A stretch of 64,000 nucleotides of DNA. Source: Octopus vulgaris (lineage: Eukaryota). A program made the position numbers and the translations under genes. The notes under the pieces are model-generated. The model did no database searches. It was given only the letters and a program-made list of their open reading frames with translations, and had not been told where the DNA came from. The stretch covers positions 32,798,001-32,862,000 of the forward strand of contig OX597825.1 of NCBI GenBank assembly GCA_951406725.2, written 5' to 3'. Below, piece by piece: positions 23,309-37,672 of the stretch; position 1 is the first letter of the stretch; every line of letters begins with the position of its first letter.

Positions 23309-24268
23309 TTGAAAATATAAAAAAAGGGGTACGATTTGTGATTTGCAAATGTAAATAAGAATTATATAATATACACACATGTATGTGTATATAAATGGAA
23401 AGTATTTATTTCTCTACGTCGTTAAACTAACAACGTAAGTCATAGGTAAGTATGTGTGTCTGTATTCAGGTATATCTGTTTCTACAATTTGAATAATATC
23501 TATCTTTTGGTCTTTATCTCTCCCCTCGCTCCCCCTCATCCCTTCTCTCTCAGTTAACGTCTAATTCGCTTCGTACACACTATCCTTTTGTTCTTCCTCT
23601 CTTTTTTCCTTCCAACCCCTTCTCTTCGCCACGCTTCTCCTCCCCTTCCTCTCCCTATCACCTTACGCTTTTTTTTCCCTTTCTTTCGATCGAACACACT
23701 TCACGTTTCTCTTCATTCATTCATTCACACACCTTCCCAGTTTTCAACTACATGGTCTCACACACACACTTACACACACACACACACACAACCATTCGCA
23801 CTAGTACGCACATCTACAACTCACACATACACACACACACATAAACGAACACACACATACCTTCCTATCAGCCTCTCGTTCTGCTCTCTCTCTCTCTCTC
23901 TCACACACACACTTTCTCTCTCTCTCTTTCTTTCTCTCTCTCTCTCATCTTCCATTTCCCCTCTTCACTTCCTCATTCCCTCCTCCCCTTACCTGTCTTG
24001 CCTACTCCTGCTTCTCCACTCACTTTTTATTCTTTCTCCTGTCTACACTCAACAATCTTTCTCTCTTCCCCTCCCTCTCCCTCTCTCTGTCTGTCTCTCT
24101 CTCTCTCTCCGTTACTTCAAATCACATAACAAACTCATGTCGCCACACTTTCAGCTGCGCGATCTCCCCTCGGATATATACATATATAGTTACAATACAT
24201 ATATATTTACAATATATACAATATATTTATAGTTATTTATTATTATTATTATTGTTGTTGTTGTTGTC

Positions 24269-24354
<86 letters not shown>

Positions 24355-24560
24355 TATTATTATTAATATTATATCTTTGTAACGAAGTATATTTTCTCCC
24401 CTTTTTTTACAAAATTACTTTTGTATTTATTGTTGTTCAATTCTGCTTCTTCTTCACCTTTATTTTCTCTCTCTCTTTCTCCATCTCCCTCTCTCTCCCT
24501 TTCTCCGTCACTTTTCTCTTTTTCTCTCTCTCTCTCTCTCTCTCAATCCTTCTCTCCCTC

Positions 24561-24624
<64 letters not shown>

Positions 24625-24937
24625 CTCATTTTTATATGCTGTTTTTTTTCTTTTCTTTTTATTCCTTTTTCGAAAGAAAAAAAAACTTAGAGAATTTCAA
24701 GACTTAACTGTTAATATATTGTTGGTGTTGTTGTTGTCGTTGTTGTTTTATATATAAATGGCCAAGATACACCAGAACTGACCAGGAGGGAAGCGGGATA
24801 TCTACCATATACCATCGCAGAACACTGACTGTGCCACGCTTGGCTCTTTTCGGAAGGAAGGGTTTAAATTATCGATATACAAGTGTTAAACAAATACCCC
24901 AAAATACATTCATTCATAGACACACACACACACACAG

Positions 24938-24987
<50 letters not shown>

Positions 24988-25312
24988 CACATATAGAATG
25001 TTGACTGAGTCTGTCTTTATCTTCTACCGCCACCAAAGTCGTTATGAAAAACTACGTGCCCGCCACTACTGATTGGAGATACCCTGTTACTGGATCAAAG
25101 TGCTAATGATAATAATAACATTGTTATTTTTAAGTGTGACGGTTTGATGATAGGAGATGAATAACAAGAATGAATGAACGAGGACAGCAAAACTTGCAAG
25201 CAGCTACAAAAAGGAGCATCCTAAAATATTTACCGAATGAACCACTTTAATACTCGCGCACAAGTATATAGACACGCATTATTAGATAGATAGATAGATA
25301 GATCGATCGATC

Positions 25313-25382
<70 letters not shown>

Positions 25383-25454
25383 CAGATAGATATACATGCA
25401 AACATTCATTGTTAAAAATTACATGCACCCACACGCACAGGTATTGCCAAGCAC

Positions 25455-25493
<39 letters not shown>

Positions 25494-26203
25494 ATACACA
25501 GACACACACATGCACATACACGCACACACTATAAACACATACATAGCGATTAATAAACTGATTCAAAGTCACACGCTCACACCTAAATACAGACGCACAC
25601 GCTATCGAAAGTAAACCTATACCATAGTCATTACCTCTGGACGAAGGGATCCTGTTCGCGGTCACTGAACCGGCAAAATAAATACCTGTGAAATATCGCT
25701 CATGCTGTGCACTGGGTGCGCTGGACACAGAAAATAATAGCCTTTCAAGAAACACTGCCTGAAACAGTGACGGAATGCGGATGGAATATAGTTTTGATTG
25801 CATGGGTGCTCAATCGGAGTCGACATGGGGTTAAAATAACAGACAAACAAACTCGCTCGCGTGCACCTTCTGCTTCCCACACACACAGACATACATGCAC
25901 ATTCATAAAAACACAGGTGCACGTGAATCACCTGCGAAAGTAAAAGCTCAAAAATGCCAGAAATGTAAGCAGTTATAGTAACCGAAAATACGCTCCAACC
26001 CCTAGAATACATACATACACACATACATACATACATACATACATACACATAAACACACAGATACACACCGGTAGATAAATATTAAAACTAAACCTTAAAA
26101 ACATAAGGAAATGTAATTTCAAAAATGAAGGAAATATGTGAACGCAACTTCTTCCAAATGTATGTGTGACTAAACGTAACTTGTAGCGAAAAAGAATCTA
26201 CAT

Positions 26204-26251
<48 letters not shown>

Positions 26252-26777
26252 ACACACACACACAATAGGCACCTGCGAGAAAAGGGGAAAAAACAGCAGA
26301 AAACGCAGATGAATTAACGTGTAGAAAACAGACAAAATCCGACGACGACGACAGACAAGAACCACCGCCGCCACCGCCACCACCACCACCATATGTCACA
26401 CCTGCAACCCACCCCCACCACTTCAAAATATATACACATACCTACATACACACATAAACATATGCAGGTATGTGCATATGCACATACAACAGCAGCGTCG
26501 ACGAGCCAGAGATGAAGCCTGTTCCTTTTACATGCTAGTAATAACTAGTGATGACAGAAAATATCGTGTTAAGAAAGGAAGGACACGACGGATAATACGG
26601 CTCTAGGTATTTGGGATAACAAAACAAAGAAGTTTAAAGACGAAATGGCCATGCTGGAGTACTTTTGATCATATGTCTGCTCAGCTGCGGCTGACCTGGG
26701 GCTCATCGATATCGATAAATTCGAACAGTAACGCATACATACATATGCAACACAGGTCTCAATAAATTCACACACAC

Positions 26778-26845
<68 letters not shown>

Positions 26846-27037
26846 ACACACACACGCACAGGGGCATATGTACACATACTTACACATACCGAGACAGACG
26901 GCAACAATTATCACAAGTATATAAACACACATCGCTAAACAGACCAGACATACATTTACATACATACACACTCACACACAAACACACACACACACGTATA
27001 CACTCACAGGCAATACACATTTCCCCACCCTTCAAAT

Positions 27038-27099
<62 letters not shown>

Positions 27100-27346
27100 C
27101 CTTAAATCCTTAAAAATGTTTTAGCCCGAAGGCCGCGGTCATGCTGGGGCACCACCGCTGAATGAGCTACACTAATATGTGAATCCACCTATATATACAT
27201 ACATACATATATATACATATATGTATATATGTATATATATTTATATATTATATTATATCTACTCATTACAGTACCGTTATTAAACAGCTCCTTACGTCGG
27301 TTTTACACAGACATTCAAATATACACACTGACACAAATATATACAC

Positions 27347-27383
<37 letters not shown>

Positions 27384-27966
27384 CATGTATACATACACTG
27401 CCACAGAGCAACATTGATGGACAAATACTTACACATAACGACGTACACTAACACACACACACACATGATACCATTAACACAGTCTGTGTTAAGGCAGCAC
27501 CAACAGCACCACCAGCAGTGAATATGTCTTACTGGTTACTACCATCTGTACAAACTTCCATCGCCACCATCACCACCAACCACAACCTAGCCGCCGCCAC
27601 TGTTGCAGCTGGTGGTGACGGGGGTTGCCGTCGTCGTCGTGGTCGTCGTTGTTATTGTTGTTTCCTCTTCTTCTCTTACCTCTCCTACTCCTTTCTCTTC
27701 TTGTTCAGATTCTTGTTATTGATTGCTGTAGTATAGTAGTCACAACAGCAGTAACAGTTACAACAACAACAACAACAACAACAACATACATCAGTAGTAG
27801 CAGTGGTAGCAGCAGCAGCTGTTATAGTACAAGTGGTGGTGCTGATAGCGGAAGCAAAAGGCGGCGGCACAGACGGCGGCGGCGTCGGCGACAGCACCAA
27901 ATACAGCAGTAGTTGTAGTATTAGCCGTAGTATTAATAGCAGTATTAGTAGCGATAGTAAAATAGC

Positions 27967-28016
<50 letters not shown>

Positions 28017-28218
28017 GGGCTCTATTGTGATCGGAGAAGGTGCAGCGGCAACTACAACAGCAACGTGAAGAATATTTATTTTTTTCAAATAAGGGAACGA
28101 AAGAAAGACAAAAAAAAAAGCAGAAGAAAAACAAGGAAAAAAAAAATAACAAAAAGAAAACAAAAAACACAAGCAAAAAAAAACAAAAAGGCCGCTGTTG
28201 AAACCCTTTTCTCATTAC

Positions 28219-28275
<57 letters not shown>

Positions 28276-28415
28276 TATATACGTCGTCGTTGTCGCCATG
28301 GTCGTCACCGTTTCCATCATTAGCAACCGACAACAACAACAACAACAACTTTAACCTTAACCTTAACAACGTCCATAACGTCGACAAGAAAACAACAACA
28401 TCGGGAACTACAACA

Positions 28416-28474
<59 letters not shown>

Positions 28475-28761
28475 CACTACTGCAACGGCAGAAGGAAACT
28501 TACTACAAGGGTACCTGAGACGGAAATCGCTAAAGGTAGAGCAATCACAACCATCATCACCATCATAATCATTATCATCATCATCATCTTTAACAACAAC
28601 AACAACAACAACAAAAGCAATAATAATAATAATTCGCAGTGGTTCCACTGGCTGCAATAAAGAAAAAGGAGAAAAAGAGGAAAAAAAACAGCAGAAGCTG
28701 TAGTACACGACCACAACAACAACAACAGCAGCAACACGAAGAGCAACCGCGACTATAAACC

Positions 28762-28805
<44 letters not shown>

Positions 28806-28880
28806 CGAGAGCAGCGGCATCAGCAGCAGCAGTAGCAGCAGCAGCAGCAGTAAGGAGCCGCGCGGAGTGTTGAATGAAAA

Positions 28881-28892
28881 AAAAAGGTAAGT
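28881..28892 (+). other. Candidate 5' splice donor (AAG|GTAAGT) of a putative non-coding exon
   Basis: Perfect donor consensus at 28887 ending a unique CpG and trinucleotide-rich stretch; no transcript evidence. Confidence 0.35.
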
Positions 28893-28957
28893 TTTATGTA
28901 GAGTTTATTTCTCTTGGTTTCGGTAAAAATATCAGAAGCGTAAAACGGCTTTTACAC

Positions 28958-28990
<33 letters not shown>

Positions 28991-29148
28991 ACTTTCTCTC
29001 TCTCTCTCTCTCTCCCTTAATCTCTCTCTCTCTCTCCCTTAATCTCTTTCTCTCTCACTTTCTCTCTCTCACTTTCTCTCTCTCTCTTAATCTCTCCTTC
29101 TCTCTCTCACACACACACACTCTCACGCTCTCTCAATCTTTCACTGTG

Positions 29149-29185
<37 letters not shown>

Positions 29186-29423
29186 TCGATGCTGACTGTG
29201 GTTGTTGTTGTTGTTGTTGCTGGTGGTGGTGGTGGTGACTGTGGTTGTGGCGGCGGTGGTTGTCGCGGTGTTGATTACAAAGATTTTCCTAAGGTATCAA
29301 TCACTTGTGAGTGAGTGAGTTTGAATGAGCCAAACCTACTACAACACACCGATTGATTGATTGCTCAGTCTATACGTTCACCATACATTCACACACACAC
29401 ACACACACACACACATACATACG

Positions 29424-29456
<33 letters not shown>

Positions 29457-29649
29457 GTGTGAATGTATGGTGAACGTGATACGAATGCTGTTGTTTATGT
29501 TATCCGTCCCCATATTTAACTCTCTTCATGGCAGAAACAAAATGATCAAAAACATTTTAATCGTGACACCGACGACCGACACCATTTATCAACATGTATG
29601 CATGTTTATAACTAAGATATATATACATATCTATATATTATTATCATCA

Positions 29650-29708
<59 letters not shown>

Positions 29709-29851
29709 ATCATTATTGCAAAGTAATGTGACAGAGAATTCAATTTGAAGGATATTTAGTTTCCTGGGCTGTTGTTTCTAGCAAGTCGATCGGGCGAGCG
29801 ACCGACCGCGTCGAGTCCTGCCTGGTCGCTCCTTCCTTTTCTTCGTTGTCG

Positions 29852-29883
<32 letters not shown>

Positions 29884-29972
29884 CTTCTTCTTCTTCTTCT
29901 TCTTCTCCTCCTCCTCCTCCTCCTCCTCCCCCTCCTTCCTCTTCTTCCCGACGACAAAGACAATGATGATGG

Positions 29973-30051
<79 letters not shown>

Positions 30052-30370
30052 AATGATGATGATGATGGTGATGATCGTAGTGATTGGCCTCAGTATTGTT
30101 CAATACGAAGCTATCATCTCCTGTGTTTGAGTTTGAATGAAACAAACCTGTACGGATTGATTGCATAGCAGATACGTGTGTGCGTATCGGTGTGTGTGTG
30201 TGTGTGTGTGTATGTATATACGCCATGCGTCTATGTATATGTATGCATGCTTGCGTGTGCATGTGTGTGTATGCGAAAACATATACATATATGCACATGC
30301 ATACACACAAACAAGCATATGTACATATCAGTATACATACATGCATACATACATATGTGAGTGTAGTGTG

Positions 30371-30412
<42 letters not shown>

Positions 30413-30571
30413 TAAGTAATTGAGATTCAAGTGAATTCTAATGAATATATATATATATATATATATATACATACACACACATATATATATGCATATAGAG
30501 TCATTTATAAACATATACACATCCATACACCCATACTTTTACCTACATAACATATACATAACACACACATG

Positions 30572-30617
<46 letters not shown>

Positions 30618-31314
30618 TGTATGTATGTATGTATGTATGTATGTGTGTGTGTGTGTGTATGTATGATATTAGCAACATTATGATTACCGTGTTGTTGTTG
30701 TGGTGGTGGTAGTGGTGGTGACGGCGGCGGTGATGGTGGTTGTGGTACTGGTAGTGGTGGTCGTGGTAGTGGTGGTCGTGGTGGTGATTGCGACAGTACT
30801 GGTGAAGGCGATAGTGGCGGCTGTGGTGACGACCGAGGCGGTGGCGGCGGCGAAGGTTTTGATTACAATATTTTTTAAAAGGTGCCAATCGTGAGTCTGA
30901 ATGGAGAAAGAAATAAATAAAAAAATAGATCTGAGCAAGCTAAATGGATTGACTGACGTGGATGCGTGTGTGCATCTTGTTTGTTGTTGTTTTTAGTAGA
31001 AGTGGTGGTGGTGGTGGTGGTGGTGGTGGTGGTGGTGGTAGGGTGGGTATACCTGCTGCTGCTGCTGCTGCTACTACTGCTACTACTGCTGCCGCTGTTG
31101 CTGCTTCTCATGATGATAACGATGACAAGAAAAGAAGGATCGTGATGACAATGCTGCTAACGCGGTTCTTGTGATGTTCTTGTCGATGGTTGTGTTGTTG
31201 ATTGAGCACGTTCGTGATTAACGGCGTTCCAGATGTGACCATCACATGCGCTTTAGGAATATCTTAAATATACGCTATCCGATGTGAGCCGCCGTTTCTC
31301 TTGGTTCATTTCCT

Positions 31315-31326
31315 AAGACGGTAAGT
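31315..31326 (+). other. Candidate 5' splice donor (ACG|GTAAGT)
   Basis: Donor consensus at 31321 after about 200 bp of unique sequence; no convincing coding frame. Confidence 0.25.
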
Positions 31327-31724
31327 TGTGATTTGAAGTACATTTGGCTGCTGTTTTTAGCACGTAGAGTGGTCACCTGGAGGTTCCGTTGTTGCACTAA
31401 TGCTGTTGTTGTTGTTGGTAGTGGTGATTGTTTTAGTGGTGCTGGTGGCGGTGTGAAGTGGTGTGTAGTGTGGGTGGAGGGCGACTTTGGTAATGGTGGT
31501 CATGTTGAGGATAACGGTTTTGAAGATGATGATGGTGGTGATGGTAGTGTGAGGAAGATGGTGAGGTCGGTGATGATGGCGATGATGACCATGATGATGA
31601 CAGCTGAAAATGAAAGAGAAAAGAAAGAAAACGCTTCTTCTCTCTATATTTCTGTAGTTCCCTTCCAAGTGCGTGTGTGAATATAGATGTCGCTATCTAT
31701 CTACCTGTCTGTCTTCCTACCTAC

Positions 31725-31797
<73 letters not shown>

Positions 31798-32233
31798 AAT
31801 TTATCTATCAATATACATGCATATATGTGTGTGTGTGTGTGTGTTTATGAATATGTAGTTATTATCAGTGTATTTTGGCTATTTAAATAAGAGTGTTGAC
31901 TGTTATTTCCAGCAGGTAGACATACTTAGTATGTCCTTTGATTAATCATATATATAAATATATATATATATTATATATAGTTCTATATATATATATATAT
32001 ATATTATATATAGTTGTATATATGTACCTGTATATGTGTGTGTAGTGTGTGTATACATATATAAATGTCTACGTTTGTGTCAACGCATGTATAATATATA
32101 TTCATGCAAGTATGTATGTTTATGTATATATAAACTCATTTTATTTTTATCTACATGTGTGTGTGTATATATATATGTATATATAGGGAGAGTTTACGAA
32201 AACAAAAAACAAAAGACGAAGACAGGTGGTATA

Positions 32234-32269
<36 letters not shown>

Positions 32270-32789
32270 TGTATGTATGTATGTATTGTGTGTATGTATA
32301 GATGTATGCATGTATACACACATACATACATATATATATATAGATATATATATACGTGCATGCACACACTCACACACACACGTACGCACACGCACACACA
32401 CACACACACACATAAGGCCAACTTTTCTGGCCAGTCATGTGACCTCCTATCAAACTGAACCACCTCAATTAAATAGTTAATTAGTTAGCCTGAATGAAGC
32501 ACGAAGGAACCTATGTATGCCCGTGTGACCTGCTGATTATAACAGCCGAATATCCCTCAGTTAATCCGATCTTGGAGTCTATGTAAATAGGAGAATGATG
32601 GATTGGTTACAGATAGAATGAGTTCGATCAAATGTTTGTTTGATTAACGTTAGCTGGGTGGGGGTCGAAATAGCACCATGGATAAGGACGACGACCACCA
32701 CCACCACCACGAATACAGCGATGATGATGACGACGATGACAGTGGTGGTGGTGGAGGTGCTGGTGCTGGTGGTGGGGTGGGGGTATATT

Positions 32790-33680
32790 TGATGAAATGT
32801 TAGAGGCATCAGACAAAAATGTCTTGCAGCATCTGTTTCGGTTCTTCTCGTTCTGAGTTCAAAACCAGTGAAAGTAAATTTTGCGTTTCATACCCTCTGA
32901 GGTCGATAAACATAAAAAGGAAAAAAAAAAAAAATATCAGTCATGTACTGATGTCGATTTAATGAACAAACACCCCCACCCCCGTTTTTCTGTCAAAACT
33001 TTTAACTTACTGTCGAAATTAGGGATTTTAAGGGTTGTAGTTGGCAAAATCATTGGAGCGTCGAACAAAATGCTCAGCGCTATATGTTGCACTTCTTAAC
33101 GTTCTTCGTTGAAACCCTTCGGAAGTCAACTTTCTCACTCACCTCCTTCGGGACTCGATAAAACAAAGAACCAGTGAAGTTCAGGGATCGATTTTATTTA
33201 CTTACCCGCTACCCTACCCTACAAACATTTCTGGCCTAATCTCAGAAATAGAATCGTTTGAGTGAAGGGAGAAGTTACTTTGCAGTATTTGTTCCCATTC
33301 TTTATATTTTGAGTTCAAATTCAGTTGAGGTCGACTTTGCCATTCAGCCTTCGGAGTCGATGAAAAAAAAGTACCAGACAAGTACTCAAATAGAGTAGCA
33401 GACAGGTACTCAATTAACCCTTTACCGCTTAAATTACTGGCATTATGTCGACATTTGAAACCATTTCAATACAGTGAGCTAGTTGAATCGTTGGCGCGTC
33501 GCACAAAATATTGGACAGTATTTCTTCCGTCTCCATACGTTCTTAGTTCAAATTCCGCCGAGGTTGAGTTTCCCTTCAATCCTTTTGGAAGTCGATAAAA
33601 CACGTACCAGTTGTGCAGTTGGGTCAACTTAAGCCCCACCCCACCAAATTGCTGGCCTTGTGTCAAAACTTGAAACGAAT
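32790..33680 (+). mobile_element. Array of degraded SINE family B units
   Basis: Repeated GAGTTCAAA...GAGGTCGA...GTCGATAAA motifs. Confidence 0.6.
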
Positions 33681-34109
33681 ATCATTACTATTCGGGATGT
33701 TTAGAAGTTGACAGACACGATCATCGGAGGATGTATATGTTGTGGCTATTTCATCCAAACTAGGCCTTCAATGAACAGAGATAGTAGATGAAAGGCCTTC
33801 CTCATGTGACCATTCGATCATTTTTGTTTTTTCTTTCCTTTTCTAGTCATTGTGTATCCCGCAATATATTCATTCTGATCTCTTTTTTTTTTTTTTACTG
33901 ACATTCAGCTGCTATTTGTAGCATGTCAAATGACCTGGTAGAGGTACCATTTTTGGCTCGGAAAAATGAAGTCCTCGTGTTCACCTTACCCAGGGTACCT
34001 GGTTGTCCCATACTTCCGTTTTGTGATCTGATTTATCAGTATTTTAATAATGTGTACTCTTCCAACAGTACTCGTTGTACAACATACTAGTTGTACACAC
34101 ATCACTTAA

Positions 34110-34290
34110 CAACAAAATAGCAGCCAATTTTCCCTTAAATCACACTTTACACGGTGGATAATGCAGTCCTACTTTCCCAGTATATGAAAATTTTAAAAAA
34201 TAGATTGGATGGTCACATTTGGAATGCCTTTCATCTTAGGTCCGATTGACCAGGGGCTGATCTCGGACTAGATATACAACACCAACAACC
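34110..34290 (+). mobile_element. Interspersed repeat family E (unclassified, SINE-like)
   Basis: AAATAGCAGCCAA...GGTCACATTTGGAATGCCTTTCATC; related segments at about 520-630, 26640-26710, 48915-49040 and 58150-58590. Confidence 0.5.
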
Positions 34291-34573
34291 AGATGGGGCC
34301 CAGCCAAGTACTCAATCCGGGTGACCAGAGCAGAGAGGCTGTGATATCCACGCATCTTTAACAATCATAACTGTTAGGGCAAGGAAGGACAGAGGTGCAA
34401 TAATAGTATTTTTGTGTTGATGTTGTTGTTGTTGTTGTTGTTGTTGTCGTCGTCGTAGTGGAGGTGGTGGTGATGGCGAGGGTGTTCGTGGTGGTGTGCT
34501 AAAAGTAAGGGTGATGGTGAAGATTGTAGGATAGTAAATATGATGGTGTAACAGCAGCAGTAGCAGTAGCAGC

Positions 34574-34620
<47 letters not shown>

Positions 34621-34864
34621 CAGCAGCAGCAGCAACAGCAGCAGCTGATATTACCTCCCTGTCAAGCACCAACGTGTCCCTTTCAAAAAAAAAAGAGTGG
34701 AATTCTTGTAGGGGGTTAAATGTGGGGGTTGTAAGGTGCAAGTTTGATATTTAAGTAAAAGATGACAGATGATGATCATGAAGAGGAGGAGGATGAGAAA
34801 GAGGGGGAAGACGATGATGATGATGACGGTGATGTTGGTGGTAGTGGTTGTCGTTTTTACTATT

Positions 34865-34987
34865 GTTATTCATCCTTTCGGGTCGATAAAGTACCAGTTG
34901 CATACTGAGGTCGATCTAATCGACTGTTTCCCCCTCCACAAAAATTTCTGGCCTTGTGCCTAGATTAGAAAAGATTATTATTGTTAA

Positions 34988-35051
<64 letters not shown>

Positions 35052-35094
35052 GTTATTGTTATTATTATTATTATTATTATCATTATTATTATTA

Positions 35095-35131
<37 letters not shown>

Positions 35132-35148
35132 CATTATTATTATTATTA

Positions 35149-35207
<59 letters not shown>

Positions 35208-35276
35208 GTTATTGTTATTATTATTATTATTATCATTATTATTATTATTATTTTTATTATTATTATTGCTATTGTT

Positions 35277-35330
<54 letters not shown>
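34865..35330 (+). mobile_element. Partial SINE family B with expanded (ATT)n then (GTA)n tail
   Basis: CATCCTTTCGGGTCGATAAAGTACCAG...GGCCTTGTGCCTAGATTAGAAAAG followed by about 300 bp of (ATT)n. Confidence 0.7.
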
Positions 35331-35758
35331 ATAGAAATGATACTGATAGTGATGATGGAGATGATGCTGCTGCTGCTGTTGCTGATCGTCATCATGTGAT
35401 TGGTGATGATGAAGATGAGTTGGCGATAACGATGCCTTCTTTCATTCTGAAAAGAAACGACAGCTTTAATGGCGGCGGCGGTGGGGGTGGGCAGGGGAGG
35501 AGTGACAGCAACGACGACGACGACCACCACCACCACCACCACCACTACCACCACCACCACACCTACCACTTTCCCGACCATCATCACGAACACACGAACA
35601 TCGTTACGACGATGAAAACTACAATGATGACGGCGATGAAGACGACGACAACGATGATGATGATGATGATGATGATGTGATGGTGGTGGTGGTGGTGGTG
35701 GTGGTGGTGGTGGTGGTGACGACGTCGACGACGACGACGATGATGATGATGATGATGT

Positions 35759-35806
<48 letters not shown>

Positions 35807-36688
35807 CGAAGGTGATGATGATGGCGGCAGTATGCTACAGGTGGTGTTAGTGATGATAGTGGGGATGAGGGGGGGTGACTGTACGGAAGACTGAAAGGAT
35901 GCGAGAATGAAACAGAGTAAGAGTGAAAGGAAGGAAGGAAGGAAGGAAGGAAGGAAGGAAAGAAGGAAGGAAAGAGGTCAAAAATACAGTTCACTACTTC
36001 CATCGGGTTAGTTCTTTTTTCTTCATGGTCAGCAACGCGCACACACACACAAACACACACAGACACAAACACACACACACACACACACACACAAATACAC
36101 ACACACTCATACAAATACACTCACAAACACATACGCGTACGCATACATATAAACACAAACACACACTGAAAAACATCGCCATAACGACCACCAACGTCTC
36201 TCAGCCTTCATCATCATCATCATCATCATCACTATAGCTACGACCGTTTCACTGATCCTAGTAGAACTACTCATACTATTACTAACTAATACAATCACTC
36301 TACGACGCTAACCAGACCAGCACGTAGCCACTTAAACAAAGACAAACACATACTAATAATTGTACTAGTAACACACTAACCACTGCAACTCGGCGCCCGT
36401 CACAAGCGTAAATATTACATAATAATGAAATAAAGACAAAAGACAGCGTATGATTCTTACTTCACTTTGTCTACCCACGAACAAAAAAATATAAACAACA
36501 GCACATTTTGTTTTGTTTATGAACATTTAATGTGGTTTTAGAGTCAAGTTTTAGCTGCTATTTCCAGCGTGGTGGTATCTCTGAGATACCCTAAATTATA
36601 ATTTTAATAATTATTATACCTTTGAAGGTTTTTTCCCCATGCTGGCCACTTGATAAGATCGATATTTAAATTAGCGATCTTATCCTTA

Positions 36689-36853
<165 letters not shown>

Positions 36854-37072
36854 CAGGTATATATCTATAGATATGTGTGTGTGTGTATATATACATACAG
36901 AAACTTCTATAGATGAATGTACGTATATAGATATATGTAAATAATAATGTATGTATACACACACACACACATGTTTGCACTTATACTTGTCCTTATACGC
37001 ATGTATATATGTGTATGTGTGTATGCGTGTATACATATATACTTGTGTGTATATGTGTGTGTGTGAACATAA

Positions 37073-37225
37073 GGCAGGCATAGTCAATCTTTTTCAAGAA
37101 GCGGGCCGCATGAAATATGGATCATCATCAGATGGGCCGCACTACAACAAACATACATGGTCATTTCTCGAAAGGCGTGCCATTCAGAAAGACTCGCGGG
37201 CCGCACTTTGCCCTTAACTGGTCTA
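37073..37225. mobile_element. hAT(Charlie)-like MITE
   Basis: CAGG...CTG ends with three GGGCCGCA motifs; homologous to 6035-6190. Confidence 0.6.
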
Positions 37226-37448
37226 AAGTATAAAAACGTCATATAAAATATTAAGGCTACATTAGTCTGTGCGTTTCTATGTCCGTATCATGCTGTGTTT
37301 TTGCACGTGACTCTATGAAAGTAAGCGGAAACGTATTCATTTAAACACGGCGCCATGTTCTGCCGAATATGGGTTTACCTAGCCACCTATGTATATATGC
37401 TTGGACTCTGTATACACACCACAAACACACTGCATACATGTAAGTTTC

Positions 37449-37497
<49 letters not shown>

Positions 37498-37503
<6 letters not shown>

Positions 37504-37622
37504 ATGTTTCTGACGAAGAACTCCGCTCGAAACGTTAAATCCTCCTTTCTTTCCTTTCCTGAGCGTCCAATAACACTATACTTGTTCCACGTCCTCGCAT
37601 TGTTGTGTTTTCATGTTTGGAT

Positions 37623-37628
<6 letters not shown>
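37498..37628 (+). mobile_element. Penelope-like fragment with minimal hammerhead motif (37506-37540)
   Basis: GTTTCTGACGAAGAACTCCGCTCGAAACGTTAAAT, near-identical to 13811-13845 with one stem II mismatch; between (TA)n tracts. Confidence 0.65.

Positions 37629-37670
<42 letters not shown>

Positions 37671-37672
<2 letters not shown>

Noticed and set aside
28065-28568. 167-aa ORF containing EGNLLQGYLRRKSLK (PH-domain-like start)
   Set aside because: Mostly homopolymer runs, non-ATG start, and the motif is followed by a stop with no further domain.
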